Positions 20,699 to 30,474 are shown, counted from the stretch's first letter. The stretch: DNA of 64,000 nucleotides from Candidatus Bilamarchaeaceae archaeon (GCA_038851325.1 JAWCKZ010000003.1:35076-99075), one strand, 5' to 3'. Numbers and translations: made by a program. The notes: generated by a model not told the origin, from the letters alone.

Positions 20699-21079
20699 TC
20701 ACTCCGGGTGGAATCTTTCCTTTTTTATACTTGACTTTCTTCTGGGATCCGAGTAGCGCTTGGTAAGCTTCATCCCTCCTATTTTACTTATGGTTGTCTC
20801 CAGTTCGCCGATTTCCATCTCCTCATTCAACGCCTCTCTTGCTTCCTCTGTCAGCGTTATAAACTCTCCACTGGTCGTTTCTTCTGTAGAGAGTACAGAG
20901 TAGACGAGCGCTGCAACCTTATGCGAGACTCCTTGCGGCAATTTTATTGTTTTTTCTCCTTCTGCACTTTTCAATGCTGTGGATATTATTCTCTCAGAAT
21001 CTGCTATTTCCTTTGCGGTAAAGCCCTTTTCCCTAAGCCATTCTACAGAATCCTCATCAAATATCAGAGCCATAAACAT
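20699..21079 (-). CDS. Hypothetical acidic protein (126 aa)
   Basis: Clean ORF downstream of the tRNA with protein-like composition; no motif recognised. Confidence 0.65.
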   Translation of the reverse strand: MFMALIFDEDSVEWLREKGFTAKEIADSERIISTALKSAEGEKTIKLPQGVSHKVAALVYSVLSTEETTSGEFITLTEEAREALNEEMEIGELETTISKIGGMKLTKRYSDPRRKSSIKKERFHPE

Positions 21080-21115
21080 AATTTGTATAGAAACAATTTT
21101 ATTGCTATACTAAAA

Positions 21116-21231
21116 TGGGCTCGCCCGGATTCGAACCGGGGATCTCCACCGTGTGAGGGTGGCGTCTTAACCACTTTCTGGATTTTGCCTTTTAAGTTAC
21201 AGAAGACAAAAAGCCTCTCGACTACGAGCCC
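21116..21231 (-). tRNA. tRNA-Val(CAC) with ~43-nt insertion (intron) in the D-loop
   Basis: Acceptor GGGCTCG/CGAGCCC-A, anticodon arm CCACC-CT-CAC-AC-GGTGG, T-arm CCCGG-TTCGAAT-CCGGG, D-stem GTC/GAC interrupted; 116 nt total, 73 nt after removing 43 nt. Confidence 0.9.
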
Positions 21232-21234
21232 GCG

Positions 21235-21807
21235 TCAGTGAGAAATTTTATTGTCAGGGCCTTTGTGAGAAGATAGCGGCTTAACGAAAAGATACTGCTT
21301 TTCTTTTCCTTCGAGTTCATTTACTACTCTATTGACAAAGATACTAACCGGGTCTGTCAGAGAAGGAACTCTTGCCTTTAGATCCGCGAAGGATTCAAAT
21401 CTCTTTTCCTCCCTAACTCTGAGGATAGCTTCCATATTTTTCTTTCCTATTCCTGGAAGTAGGTCAAGGGTGTGGACTCTAATCGAGATGGGTTTTGCAT
21501 TGTTTATGAACGCGATAAAGTCGCTTTCCCTCGTTTCCACTATTCTTCTTATTGCTGTTGGAAGAAAACTTTTTGCGCTACTCGTCAACGCATCATAAGA
21601 TATTCGTCCTTTAATATGGTCTATTTCAGTACGTTCCCCTTTTCCCACGTAAACTCTTTGACCTACAACAATGGCTGCTGTTGGTTTTATGCTTGCCTCC
21701 AAAAGAGTGAAGTATCTCTCACCTACGAGTTGGACTATAGGCTCACGTTTTATCTGAGTTGCGTGCCCCATAGGAAGGTATTCGATAACCCAAGCGTAAT
21801 CCTCCAT
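21235..21807 (-). CDS. DUF655 putative nucleic-acid-binding protein
   Basis: YFTLLE, HTLDLLPGIGKK (HhH); conserved rpl21e-rpo4-DUF655 gene order. Confidence 0.93.
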   Translation of the reverse strand: MEDYAWVIEYLPMGHATQIKREPIVQLVGERYFTLLEASIKPTAAIVVGQRVYVGKGERTEIDHIKGRISYDALTSSAKSFLPTAIRRIVETRESDFIAFINNAKPISIRVHTLDLLPGIGKKNMEAILRVREEKRFESFADLKARVPSLTDPVSIFVNRVVNELEGKEKQYLFVKPLSSHKGPDNKISH

Positions 21808-21811
21808 TCGC

Positions 21812-22123
21812 TCACCCTAAGGCCTTCATTATTTCGTTCAGCTCCTCCTCACTTAACTCTATCTTTTCCTTTACCAGTATGGCTTTCAGTGTAGATATTG
21901 TTTTTGGGTTTACTTCAATCATTTTAATAGCAGCCTCAGCAGTAATTTTTTCATTCTTTTTCATTAACTCGCTGATTTTTTTCACCTTCAAATCAGAATA
22001 AACCCTTTCAGCGTGCTCTAGCGCAAGCGTTTGCTCATAGTTTAACTCGCCCTCCTTTTTTCTTTGCTCAAGTAATTCCTTCGCCTCGCTAGCTGGTATT
22101 GGTTTTGATTCTATAATTTTCAT
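21812..22123 (-). CDS. rpo4: RNA polymerase subunit Rpo4 (F)
   Basis: ELNYEQTLALEHA, AIKMIEVNP; lies between rpl21e and DUF655. Confidence 0.88.
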   Translation of the reverse strand: MKIIESKPIPASEAKELLEQRKKEGELNYEQTLALEHAERVYSDLKVKKISELMKKNEKITAEAAIKMIEVNPKTISTLKAILVKEKIELSEEELNEIMKALG

Positions 22124-22127
22124 AAGC

Positions 22128-22406
22128 TCACCTCGATGGTACTAGGTGTATTGCGGTTGTTATGATCTTCTTTATCTTCCCGCCATCCAAGATTTCAACA
22201 ACATAGCTATTGCCCCTTTTTTCAACCACACGGCCGCGTCTTCCAGCGTATCTGTGAGGCGGTCGAGCACGAACGACATGCAGCGGTCTTATGTGGACAT
22301 TGTCTCCTACGTTAAATCTTCTAGCCATGGCGGACACAGTAACCTCTCGCGCTTTCTTCATCCTCTTGGTTGTCTTGCTAAGGCTACCTCTGGATCTTTT
22401 AACCAT
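22128..22406 (-). CDS. rpl21e: 50S ribosomal protein eL21
   Basis: FNVGDNVHI, PHRYAGRRGRVV, DGGKIKKI. Confidence 0.93.
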   Translation of the reverse strand: MVKRSRGSLSKTTKRMKKAREVTVSAMARRFNVGDNVHIRPLHVVRARPPHRYAGRRGRVVEKRGNSYVVEILDGGKIKKIITTAIHLVPSR

Positions 22407-22510
22407 TTATCTCCCTCTAAGTCCTCGTACGGTCTCTTAAAAATAAGATAGCAAGTTTTTAAAATGGTTTCCACTCAATTTTGTTTATAAATCTTTGCCC
22501 GGGTGATCAA

Positions 22511-23068
22511 TTGAAATTAGAAAAAAAACGCGATTTTGTTATCACAAATATTGTTGCATCAGCCTCTCTCGGTCTCGAACTGGATCTTTTTCAGATTCAT
22601 GATAAGGTTAAGGATGTAGAGTACGAACCAGAACAGTTCCCGGGCGCAATCCTAAAATTTGATGAACCAAAAGCGACCCTTCTTCTTTTTAAAAATGGAA
22701 AGGTCGTGTGTGTGGGCTGCAAGAAAAAATCACAGATGGAGCAAGCAGTCGAAAAAGCAAGAAAGATGCTCTTGCCATATGCAAAAAAAATATTAACAAC
22801 ACGAAAGCCAAAGATAGAGATAACAAACATAGTTGCAGCTGCAGAACTTGGTCTTACGCTTGATCTCTATAAGATAGCAGAGAAGGCTGATAACGTTGAA
22901 TATGAGCCAGAGCAATTCCCCGGAGCTATCTTAAAATTTAGGGACCCAAAGGTCTCGCTTTTGCTTTTCAAGAATGGAAAGGTTATATGTGCTGGTGCGA
23001 AAACAGAGGAAGAAATAAGAAAGGCACTTGGGATGGCTAAAAGGGCGCTTAAGTCCTACTCTGAGTAG
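22511..23068 (+). CDS. tbp: TATA-box binding protein
   Basis: Two repeats each with NIVA..., VEYEPEQFPGAILKF, LLFKNGKV; likely TTG start after a GGGTGA RBS. Confidence 0.97.
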   Translation: MKLEKKRDFVITNIVASASLGLELDLFQIHDKVKDVEYEPEQFPGAILKFDEPKATLLLFKNGKVVCVGCKKKSQMEQAVEKARKMLLPYAKKILTTRKPKIEITNIVAAAELGLTLDLYKIAEKADNVEYEPEQFPGAILKFRDPKVSLLLFKNGKVICAGAKTEEEIRKALGMAKRALKSYSE

Positions 23069-23076
23069 GTGAAAGA

Positions 23077-23595
23077 GTGAGCCATCGCATTCTCTATATC
23101 GTTCTCCTGTTTCTTCTTTTTGGTTGTTATGGCCTGCCAACTTCCGAGGAATGCGAACGACTTACTAATGCACAAGAGCGAATGGAATGCTACAGAAACG
23201 CGGCAAAGACAGCAGCGTACTTAGGCGATGTTGTCAGTGTACGGCACATTTGTCTGAATGTCATCGATGAGATAGGTAGAAACTACGGCATTGAGAAACA
23301 GGCGCGTGTTGAGAAGAATCTCTGTCTTTATGAGTGCGCAAAGATACTTGCAGCAAATGAAAATGTTGATATATCTGAATCAATCGATCTGTGCAATGAA
23401 ATAGAGACGCCAACAGGAGCGACTCTCTTTGGCGCTCCTGTAACAGAACCAGTGTGCCGTGAACAGGTTGAAAGGTTGGGTCGAGTAAGGCCATCTGAGT
23501 ATTATAGAAATGATAATAACATCTGCGCAAATATCGTATTTATCCTTCTTTTATGCTTGCCGCTATTTATGATGAGCCATCGTAGCGATCCATAA
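23077..23595 (+). CDS. Cys-rich secreted/membrane-anchored hypothetical protein
   Basis: Signal or lipoprotein-like N-terminus (LLFLLFGC), regularly spaced Cys, C-terminal hydrophobic segment. Confidence 0.65.
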   Translation: MSHRILYIVLLFLLFGCYGLPTSEECERLTNAQERMECYRNAAKTAAYLGDVVSVRHICLNVIDEIGRNYGIEKQARVEKNLCLYECAKILAANENVDISESIDLCNEIETPTGATLFGAPVTEPVCREQVERLGRVRPSEYYRNDNNICANIVFILLLCLPLFMMSHRSDP

Positions 23596-23893
23596 GTTCA
23601 AGTGCTTTTTTAACACTCATCCCTTCCCTTACACCAATATTTTCAGCCCAACTTGTGACATGTCTTATCTTTGCTTTTTTAAACTCCTCTATATTTTTTA
23701 CGCCAGCAACAAAGGCAGCTACATCCCCTATTTTCTCAGCTGTTTCCTTGTCTATATAGCTGCAAGCAACATAGCCGTTTTTGGCCTTTATAACAATTAA
23801 TGGGAGGTTTCCGATTTTTTGTTCGACAGCTTCGTATCGCCTTCCCTCAAATGCCACCTCTAAGAGGTGGTTTAATTTTTTAGGGTGCGCCAT
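23567..23893 (-). CDS. YunC/DUF1805 family protein
   Basis: PLIVIKAKNGYVACSYID, AAFVAGV, GVREGMS..AL. Confidence 0.85.
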   Translation of the reverse strand: MAHPKKLNHLLEVAFEGRRYEAVEQKIGNLPLIVIKAKNGYVACSYIDKETAEKIGDVAAFVAGVKNIEEFKKAKIRHVTSWAENIGVREGMSVKKALELMDRYDGSS

Positions 23894-24143
23894 ATCTCCA
23901 TTCCCTCCTTCTTTCAGCAGCGCGTTTCTTTTTTTCAAAAACTCCGCGGTGTTTTCCGCAGCTTATACAATAATAAATTTCAACAAAATCAGAGTAAGTG
24001 ACATTTTCATCTCCTTTTAAATCAGTGGAATAAGAACGACGGCGTATATCAGAGACGGCTTTATCGCGCGGGATGGTCCGCCCACAGCCAGCACATCGCA
24101 CAAGTCTCTCTCTTCCTCTTCTTCTCCTTCCCATAATCATCAC
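23880..24143 (-). CDS. rps26e: 30S ribosomal protein eS26
   Basis: VRCAGCGRTIPRDKA ... YYCISCGKH zinc-binding pattern of eS26. Confidence 0.88.
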   Translation of the reverse strand: MMIMGRRRRGRERLVRCAGCGRTIPRDKAVSDIRRRSYSTDLKGDENVTYSDFVEIYYCISCGKHRGVFEKKKRAAERRREWRYGAP

Positions 24144-24859
24144 TCCAGCGAGCCCAGTCTTCCGATGAGGGATCCATCAAACCTGAATACTAATGCATCG
24201 CTCAATTTAAATAAGTTATTATTAAGTACCGGACCTAAGTGTTCATCTGGCTTTAACGATGAGCCAACAAGTGGATTGAATGCAGGCATTAAAATCAGCC
24301 TTGATTTTTTGTTGAAATTTTCATAATATTTTTTTATTTCTTCAGGATTTGCATCTGCAAAAAGCCATACAGGTTCTATATGTCTTTTGCCAAGCTTGTC
24401 CTTAAGTTCTATCTGCGGATGTTGATGTGCTGATATTATACTTGCGCATTGCATAACTTCTTCACTTGGCCAAGAATGGCCGTGAAACAATCCAAGGCCG
24501 TAATACGAAAAGCCATCTGATGGAACTACGCACAACTTACTTTCCTCTATGCCGCCATCATGATTCCCGCGCACTATTATGACCTCTACAATCTCGTTCA
24601 ACTGTTTTAGCATTTCAGCAGTGACATTATCAAATATACCGATTTGCTCTTTTACATCTCCGTTTATTATAAGTCGCTTTGCCTTTGTTCTGTCGAGCAG
24701 CGCTTCAATCTTTTTTTCGAGTCTTTCACTAAATTTATTATCAACGATTCCGCGCTCACGTAGTTTACTTTCAATACCAAAATGCACATCACCAATTATT
24801 AGCGCGCTCTTATAGAACACAGCCGGTTCGTTATAGAGAAAACGCACTGTGGCACGCAT
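24140..24859 (-). CDS. Metallophosphoesterase (calcineurin-like)
   Basis: GDVHFG, NGD, GNHD, HGH, AHQHP, MPAFN. Confidence 0.9.
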   Translation of the reverse strand: MRATVRFLYNEPAVFYKSALIIGDVHFGIESKLRERGIVDNKFSERLEKKIEALLDRTKAKRLIINGDVKEQIGIFDNVTAEMLKQLNEIVEVIIVRGNHDGGIEESKLCVVPSDGFSYYGLGLFHGHSWPSEEVMQCASIISAHQHPQIELKDKLGKRHIEPVWLFADANPEEIKKYYENFNKKSRLILMPAFNPLVGSSLKPDEHLGPVLNNNLFKLSDALVFRFDGSLIGRLGSLE

Positions 24860-24894
24860 AGCATTCTATCTCACTCAGGAATTTAATACCTTTC

Positions 24895-26748
24895 ATGCAA
24901 AAGCACACTGTGGTGAAAATCTATTTCAGGCACGACAGCACGAGGCCGTTCCAGAAAAAATTCATGGCTGATGTATACACCGCGCTCCGGAATGGAAAAA
25001 ACTTCATGGTGCACGCGCCAACCGGTTCTGGGAAAACAGATGCCGCACTTTCTGCGGCCATCTCATTTGCAGTGGATAATGAGATGGACATTTTCTTTTT
25101 AACCCCAAAGATATCGCAGCACAGGATTGCACTAGAGGTTGCTGTTGGGATAGGGCGTAAGTTCTCTCTCCCAATCCGCGCGGTTGATATAATAGGACGA
25201 AAACATGCATGCATTGATGAAGAAGCTGCAGAAGTGGAAGGGGAGGGATTTTATCACATCTGCGAACTTAAGCGGAAAAAGAATAAATGTGCATTCTACA
25301 ACAATATAACTGGTAGGGGGTTGCTCGATATTGAGAAGGTAGAGGAGGAGATAACACACCTCGTGGAGATAATTGAGTATGGGAGGGCGCATTCTGAACT
25401 TATCGAAAAGGGCCGTGAAAAAAACTTTTGCCCCTACGAGCTCATGCTGAGAATAGGCGCAGCATCAAACATTATAATAGGTGATTACTACCACCTTTTT
25501 GTACCGGCCATTCGCAATGTCTTGCTGAGCAAAACAAACAAAAGGCTTGAGAATTCAATTGTTATTATCGACGAGGCACACAACCTTGCTAATAGGGTGC
25601 GCAACTATCTCTCATCAACCATTAGTACACAATCTTTAAAAAAGATTGAAAAGGAGATGCGCGTTGCAGGTTTTGAACCTTCCAGCATAGAAAACGCCTT
25701 CAATGAATGGGCTGAAGAGATACTGGGAGGCAATCAAGAGTTGGTAGTTGAGAAAGAGGATTTTTATCCGTTTCTCTCAGCGTTTGGGGCAGATTTCATT
25801 ACTGCACTTGAGGAGGCTGGGCTTGCTTTTGCCTCCGCAACCGGAAAGCGGAGTGCCTGTCTCAGATTTATTCATTTCATAGAGAGTTGGGACGATCAGC
25901 TCGAATCCGTAAGAATCATTGAGAGAAAAGATAGCGGCTTTTTACTCTCAAAGAAAGTGTTGGACCCATCTCCCCTAACAGATGTTCTAAACAAAAGCTA
26001 CGCCAGCATCTTAATGAGCGGAACACTTTTGCCACTGGCGATGCATCGCGATGTTCTCGGCGTTGATAAGCAGAGGACCATAATGACAGCATACCCCTCT
26101 CCATTCACAAAGGGCAGTATACTAAATATTATATGCGATGGAGTTACAACTCGCTACCCCGAGCGAACAAAAGAAAACTACAGCAAGATTGCGGAGAGGA
26201 TAGCTGCCATCATAACAGCAACACCCGGTGGCGTTGCTGTATTTTTTCCATCGTATAACGTTATGGATGGTATCATTCCATTGATTAAGGCGGGCAGACT
26301 TCTTGTTCAGCGTCCTGAAATGAAGCCACGCGAGGTTCGCGCGCTTCTGGGTGAGTTTTCAGAAAATGGAGGAGTGCTCTGCGGAGTTCAGGGAGGCTCT
26401 CTTGGCGAGGGCGTTGATTATTGTAAAGGAGAAATAAAAACCATAGTGATTGTTGGCGTTGCACTGGATGAAATGAATCTCGAAATAGAAGCGCTTATAG
26501 ATTACTATGAGAAAAAATTTGGAAAGGGATGGGAGTATGGCTATTTGTATCCAGGAACAATAAAGGCGCTCCAGGCAGCGGGTCGCGGGAGGCGGAAGGA
26601 AGGAGATCGCGTGGTAGTCGTTTACATGGATGAACGATTTAAATGGGCGAGGTACAATTGGATTTTCGATAGGAAGGAAAAGACTATAATAACATCAGAA
26701 CCGGAGAAGTATGTCGCACAATTCTGGGGTTGGAGTGGTAACAAATAA
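24895..26748 (+). CDS. XPD/Rad3 family Fe-S DNA helicase
   Basis: APTGSGKT, four Fe-S Cys (HAC, HIC, KC, FCPYE), DEAHN, SGTL, QAAGR. Confidence 0.93.
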   Translation: MQKHTVVKIYFRHDSTRPFQKKFMADVYTALRNGKNFMVHAPTGSGKTDAALSAAISFAVDNEMDIFFLTPKISQHRIALEVAVGIGRKFSLPIRAVDIIGRKHACIDEEAAEVEGEGFYHICELKRKKNKCAFYNNITGRGLLDIEKVEEEITHLVEIIEYGRAHSELIEKGREKNFCPYELMLRIGAASNIIIGDYYHLFVPAIRNVLLSKTNKRLENSIVIIDEAHNLANRVRNYLSSTISTQSLKKIEKEMRVAGFEPSSIENAFNEWAEEILGGNQELVVEKEDFYPFLSAFGADFITALEEAGLAFASATGKRSACLRFIHFIESWDDQLESVRIIERKDSGFLLSKKVLDPSPLTDVLNKSYASILMSGTLLPLAMHRDVLGVDKQRTIMTAYPSPFTKGSILNIICDGVTTRYPERTKENYSKIAERIAAIITATPGGVAVFFPSYNVMDGIIPLIKAGRLLVQRPEMKPREVRALLGEFSENGGVLCGVQGGSLGEGVDYCKGEIKTIVIVGVALDEMNLEIEALIDYYEKKFGKGWEYGYLYPGTIKALQAAGRGRRKEGDRVVVVYMDERFKWARYNWIFDRKEKTIITSEPEKYVAQFWGWSGNK

Positions 26749-26772
26749 AAAACATCCAGACAATTTAACCTC

Positions 26773-27654
26773 ATGACGCGAATCGTAATCCTTGATGAAA
26801 TGGAAAAAGAAGTTGTCGAGCGCATAAAACAACTCGGTGAGGTTGCTTATCTTCCAGCAAACCTTGATAAAGCATTAATGGATGCGAATGTTCTCATAGT
26901 CAGGAGTAGGACGAAGGTGACCGCAGAGCTGCTAAAGAAGGCACCAAAACTAAGGGTAGTTGCGCGGGCAGGTGTTGGGCTTGACAACATAGATGTGCCC
27001 ACATGCGAGGCAAAAGGGATAAGAGTGCTAAACACCCCGGCCGCATCAGCAAACGCAGTTGCAGAACTTACGATAGGTCATATTATATCAGCAATGCGCT
27101 TTATAGCAAAGGCGCATCATCAAATGAAAAATAAAATCTGGGACAAAAAAAGCCTTGTCGGGCAGGAGATCGAAGGAAAAACGCTCGGCGTAATAGGTTA
27201 CGGACGGATAGGATCGCTTGTTGGTAAAAAGGCAAGCGCACTTGGCATGAAAATCCTTGCCTATAATCCGCCACCGCGACATGAGGATGGGATAGCAAGA
27301 TTCGTTGAACTAGAACAGCTATTCGCGGAGGCTGATATTATAACACTGCACGTACCATTGACGCCAGAGACTAAGAACATGATAAATAAGAATACGATAG
27401 CTAGGATGAAGGATGGTGTGATAATAATAAACACAGCGCGCGGCGGCGTAGTAGACGAAGACGCTCTATACGCTGCGTGCAAATCAGGAAAGATAGGCGC
27501 AGCTGCTCTTGATGTCTACTGGGAAGAGCCCTATAAGGGTAAACTGCTTGAACTGGACAACGTCTTCTTCACACCTCATCTTGGCGCAAGCACAAAAGAG
27601 GCGCAGGTAAGAATCGGCAGCGAGCTGATAGAGTTACTTAGAAAATCACTCTGA
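26773..27654 (+). CDS. D-2-hydroxyacid dehydrogenase (SerA-like, no ACT domain)
   Basis: RAGVGLDNID, GYGRIG, NTARGG, TPHLGAST. Confidence 0.92.
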   Translation: MTRIVILDEMEKEVVERIKQLGEVAYLPANLDKALMDANVLIVRSRTKVTAELLKKAPKLRVVARAGVGLDNIDVPTCEAKGIRVLNTPAASANAVAELTIGHIISAMRFIAKAHHQMKNKIWDKKSLVGQEIEGKTLGVIGYGRIGSLVGKKASALGMKILAYNPPPRHEDGIARFVELEQLFAEADIITLHVPLTPETKNMINKNTIARMKDGVIIINTARGGVVDEDALYAACKSGKIGAAALDVYWEEPYKGKLLELDNVFFTPHLGASTKEAQVRIGSELIELLRKSL

Positions 27655-27972
27655 CTACTCTATCTCTGCCTCAACAACACCAGGTTCAAACACTACCTCC
27701 ATGAAATCCTTTTTGCTTTTTCCCTTTGGGAAGACGATCATGTCGCGCGATTTTATCGGAAGTTGGAGTTCTTCGGCAAGCCTTATCATCTCGCTTTCCG
27801 GAATCGGGTACCTGCCCATGAGGTAAGAAAAATAGCCATTACCGCTTTTTTCCTTGACGACATTGAGTCTGTGAGTCTGTCTTATTCCGTTTACCATCAC
27901 CTTGACTATCACGAAGCCCTGCTTAAGTATCTCATCCTTTTTCATACCACCCAACCCCTTTAAAGAAATCAA
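27655..27972 (-). CDS. Hypothetical protein (105 aa)
   Basis: Clean ORF overlapping the NAD kinase 3' end; no motif recognised. Confidence 0.65.
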   Translation of the reverse strand: MISLKGLGGMKKDEILKQGFVIVKVMVNGIRQTHRLNVVKEKSGNGYFSYLMGRYPIPESEMIRLAEELQLPIKSRDMIVFPKGKSKKDFMEVVFEPGVVEAEIE

Positions 27973-28645
27973 GATAACCGTCCTTCCTTATTATTACTGT
28001 TTCGTTCGGTTTTAATTCCTTTATGTGAATGCCGTCGACAATAAGCGCGCAGTGCCTGTCAGCACTGACCACAACATCCTCATTCTCAGAGATGCTGATT
28101 GGTTTAAATGCCCTGCGATACGGCGCAATCGGCACTGCCTGAATAATCCTTGACCTATGCGAAAGCTTCCTGCCGCCTGCTGAGTATGCGTAGCTTGCAG
28201 ATCCGATTGCAGATGAAATAATGAGACCATCGCCTAGAAAGTAGAAGTGCTTTTTGCCTATTTTCAGTCGGAGCCCAAGAACGCGATAATCGTTTGAATG
28301 GATAACAACATCATTCACTGCAGTCGCCTTTTTCTTTTTGGTTGTGTACTCAAGAACCTGAACTTTGTCAGTTTTCTCCTTAAGCTTTTTGAGCAATTCT
28401 CTTCTCCAATTGTCGCGTCGCAACTGACACATGTAACTTCTTTTGCTGCCAATGCCAAGGACTGCGCCATCAAGTTGTTTCATGTGATTCGCATAGAGGA
28501 TGGTGCCATCTCCACCTATGCAAATTGTCACGTCCGCACCTTTTTTTACGACTCTGTGCCCGGCTGCTAAAAGAAGTCGCTTCAACTCTCGCACGAGCTT
28601 CTTCGTCCATCTTTTAAGAGGGTTTGAGATGAGTTTTATTTTCAT
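27932..28645 (-). CDS. nadK: NAD kinase
   Basis: IGGDGT, AVND, GDGLIISSAIGSASYAYSAGG; start MKIKLI at 28645. Confidence 0.9.
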   Translation of the reverse strand: MKIKLISNPLKRWTKKLVRELKRLLLAAGHRVVKKGADVTICIGGDGTILYANHMKQLDGAVLGIGSKRSYMCQLRRDNWRRELLKKLKEKTDKVQVLEYTTKKKKATAVNDVVIHSNDYRVLGLRLKIGKKHFYFLGDGLIISSAIGSASYAYSAGGRKLSHRSRIIQAVPIAPYRRAFKPISISENEDVVVSADRHCALIVDGIHIKELKPNETVIIRKDGYLDFFKGVGWYEKG

Positions 28646-28712
28646 AACCTTATAGTGCATACTTATTTTAAATCTCTTATTCTGTAGAATGTTTCTACGG
28701 AAGGGTGATGGT

Positions 28713-29129
28713 ATGAGACCATTTGCTTGTGATGGCGTACTAATAGAACACGGGAAGATTCTTCTGATAAAACGAGGCAAAAGGCCTGAATTAGGTAAGT
28801 GGGCAATTCCAGGAGGGCTTATAAAGGAAGACGAGACTGCCGAGGAATGTCTTAGAAGAGAAATGCTCGAAGAAACAGGGTTATCGGTAGAACCAATAAG
28901 ATTTTTTGGGATATATTCTAATCCAAGCAGAGATCCGAGAAAAACAATTAGTGCAGTTTATCTTGTTAAACGAAAAGAGCAGAGCACAGAACCAAAACCA
29001 GGCAGCGATGCGATTGCGTTAGAATGGTTTGACCTTGAGAAACTACCAGAACTCGCGTTCGATCATGAAGAAATAATACATGATATTAGGATTACTCTTT
29101 CTCGATCATTGCAAGGTCCTCAAGGCTGA
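28713..29129 (+). CDS. NUDIX hydrolase
   Basis: Nudix box GGLIKEDETAEECLRREMLEETG; RDPR; LAFDH. Confidence 0.93.
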   Translation: MRPFACDGVLIEHGKILLIKRGKRPELGKWAIPGGLIKEDETAEECLRREMLEETGLSVEPIRFFGIYSNPSRDPRKTISAVYLVKRKEQSTEPKPGSDAIALEWFDLEKLPELAFDHEEIIHDIRITLSRSLQGPQG

Positions 29130-29613
29130 CAAGTTCTTCTTCCTCTTTTTCTTTCGCAAGCGCAGCCTTTCTTTCAGCGTTTCTTACGGATTTCATTTCG
29201 CTGTAAAGTTTCCTTAATTCCTCCCTTATTTTTTTGAGGTCTTCTTCTATATCTTTTACCTCTTTCTCCCCTTTTTCTATATCAGCAAGAATGTAGCGGA
29301 TTTTTTTTCGTGCTCTTTCTATCTCGCGGACTTCAGCTAGCTTTTCATCTATATCCTTTACTTCTTTTATCCATTCCCGTTCTATTTTTGGGGTATACGC
29401 CTGGGTCGCTATCCGAAATTCAAGACTTCTCTTTCTTCTTTTTATAGGTTCTATGTCGACATTTTTTGTTTTTTCCAGGAAAGGTTCCAATGCTTTTTGC
29501 TCGTATCTCTTGTATCTCAGCCGCCTGTTTATTACCTTGATCTTTTCAATCAGTTCTGCCTTCTTTTTTTCAAGTTCAAGTATCTTTGCTTTCAACTCAT
29601 CGGCGTTCTCCAT
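29092..29613 (-). CDS. Archaeal coiled-coil protein (COG1340-like)
   Basis: E/K-rich heptads with LEFRIATQAYTPKIEREWIKEV core. Confidence 0.7.
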   Translation of the reverse strand: MENADELKAKILELEKKKAELIEKIKVINRRLRYKRYEQKALEPFLEKTKNVDIEPIKRRKRSLEFRIATQAYTPKIEREWIKEVKDIDEKLAEVREIERARKKIRYILADIEKGEKEVKDIEEDLKKIREELRKLYSEMKSVRNAERKAALAKEKEEEELVSLEDLAMIEKE

Positions 29614-29779
29614 AGTACCACAGAATTCAGTGTTACTAAGAATTATTCAGTAAAGTATTTAAAAATGTGACTGGTGCGCGGTTCATTCTCGAAAAACAGG
29701 CTTTCCTTTTTACTAAGAGGAGCATTAGTAACTAATAAGGGCTAACAAGCGATTTATAAATGGCTCATCGCAAATATAT

Positions 29780-30460
29780 ATGATCCTTATGCCTAAGGTG
29801 AAAGAAATCGAGGTTTTACCGGCTATTCTGTCAAAGGATAGAAAAGATATGATGAAAAAGGTGGAACTGGTCGCGTCGTATGTCAAAACGATTCATATAG
29901 ACATGATGGATGGGAAATTTGTTCCAAACAAAACCCTCTCCACAGAGGAAACTGCCGTTGTTCTTCCGCAGAATAAATCATACGTATTTCATTGGATGGT
30001 TGAAAAGCCAGAGGAGGAGATTAGAAAGCTCTGGCGACTTGCACAAGGAAATGTCAATGTCGTTCATGTGGAAGTTCTTAACGAGAAGCGGTGGGATACG
30101 TTGAAAAGAATGGGTATCAAGCTTGGGATTGCGATAAATCCAGAAACACCGCTTTTGCAGCTCGCTCCTTACATCCATGAGGTTGATTATTTCCTGGTAA
30201 TGTTTGTCCACCCTGGTTTCTCAAATCAAAAATATATTCAGGAAGTTGAGCGCAAACTTGCAGATCTACGCATAGCCAAACCGAATGCTGATATCGAAGT
30301 AGATGGCGGGATAAATCCTGAAACCGCAGCAAGGGCGGTTGCTGCGGGCGCAAACAAGCTTGCAGCAGCAAGCGCTATTTTTTTACACGATAACATTAAA
30401 GAGGCTATCGATAATATTCTGTTATCAGCAAAGTCAGCCGCAAAATCTATTGAGATGTAA
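29780..30460 (+). CDS. rpe: Ribulose-phosphate 3-epimerase
   Basis: HIDMMDGKFVPN, INPET, VHPGF, EVDGGI. Confidence 0.93.
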   Translation: MILMPKVKEIEVLPAILSKDRKDMMKKVELVASYVKTIHIDMMDGKFVPNKTLSTEETAVVLPQNKSYVFHWMVEKPEEEIRKLWRLAQGNVNVVHVEVLNEKRWDTLKRMGIKLGIAINPETPLLQLAPYIHEVDYFLVMFVHPGFSNQKYIQEVERKLADLRIAKPNADIEVDGGINPETAARAVAAGANKLAAASAIFLHDNIKEAIDNILLSAKSAAKSIEM

Positions 30461-30474
30461 TCGGAGGGGAGGGA

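Noticed and set aside
22511..23068. Near-identical halves of TBP as a recent duplication
   Set aside because: Two-fold symmetry is normal for archaeal TBP, and synonymous sites differ between the halves
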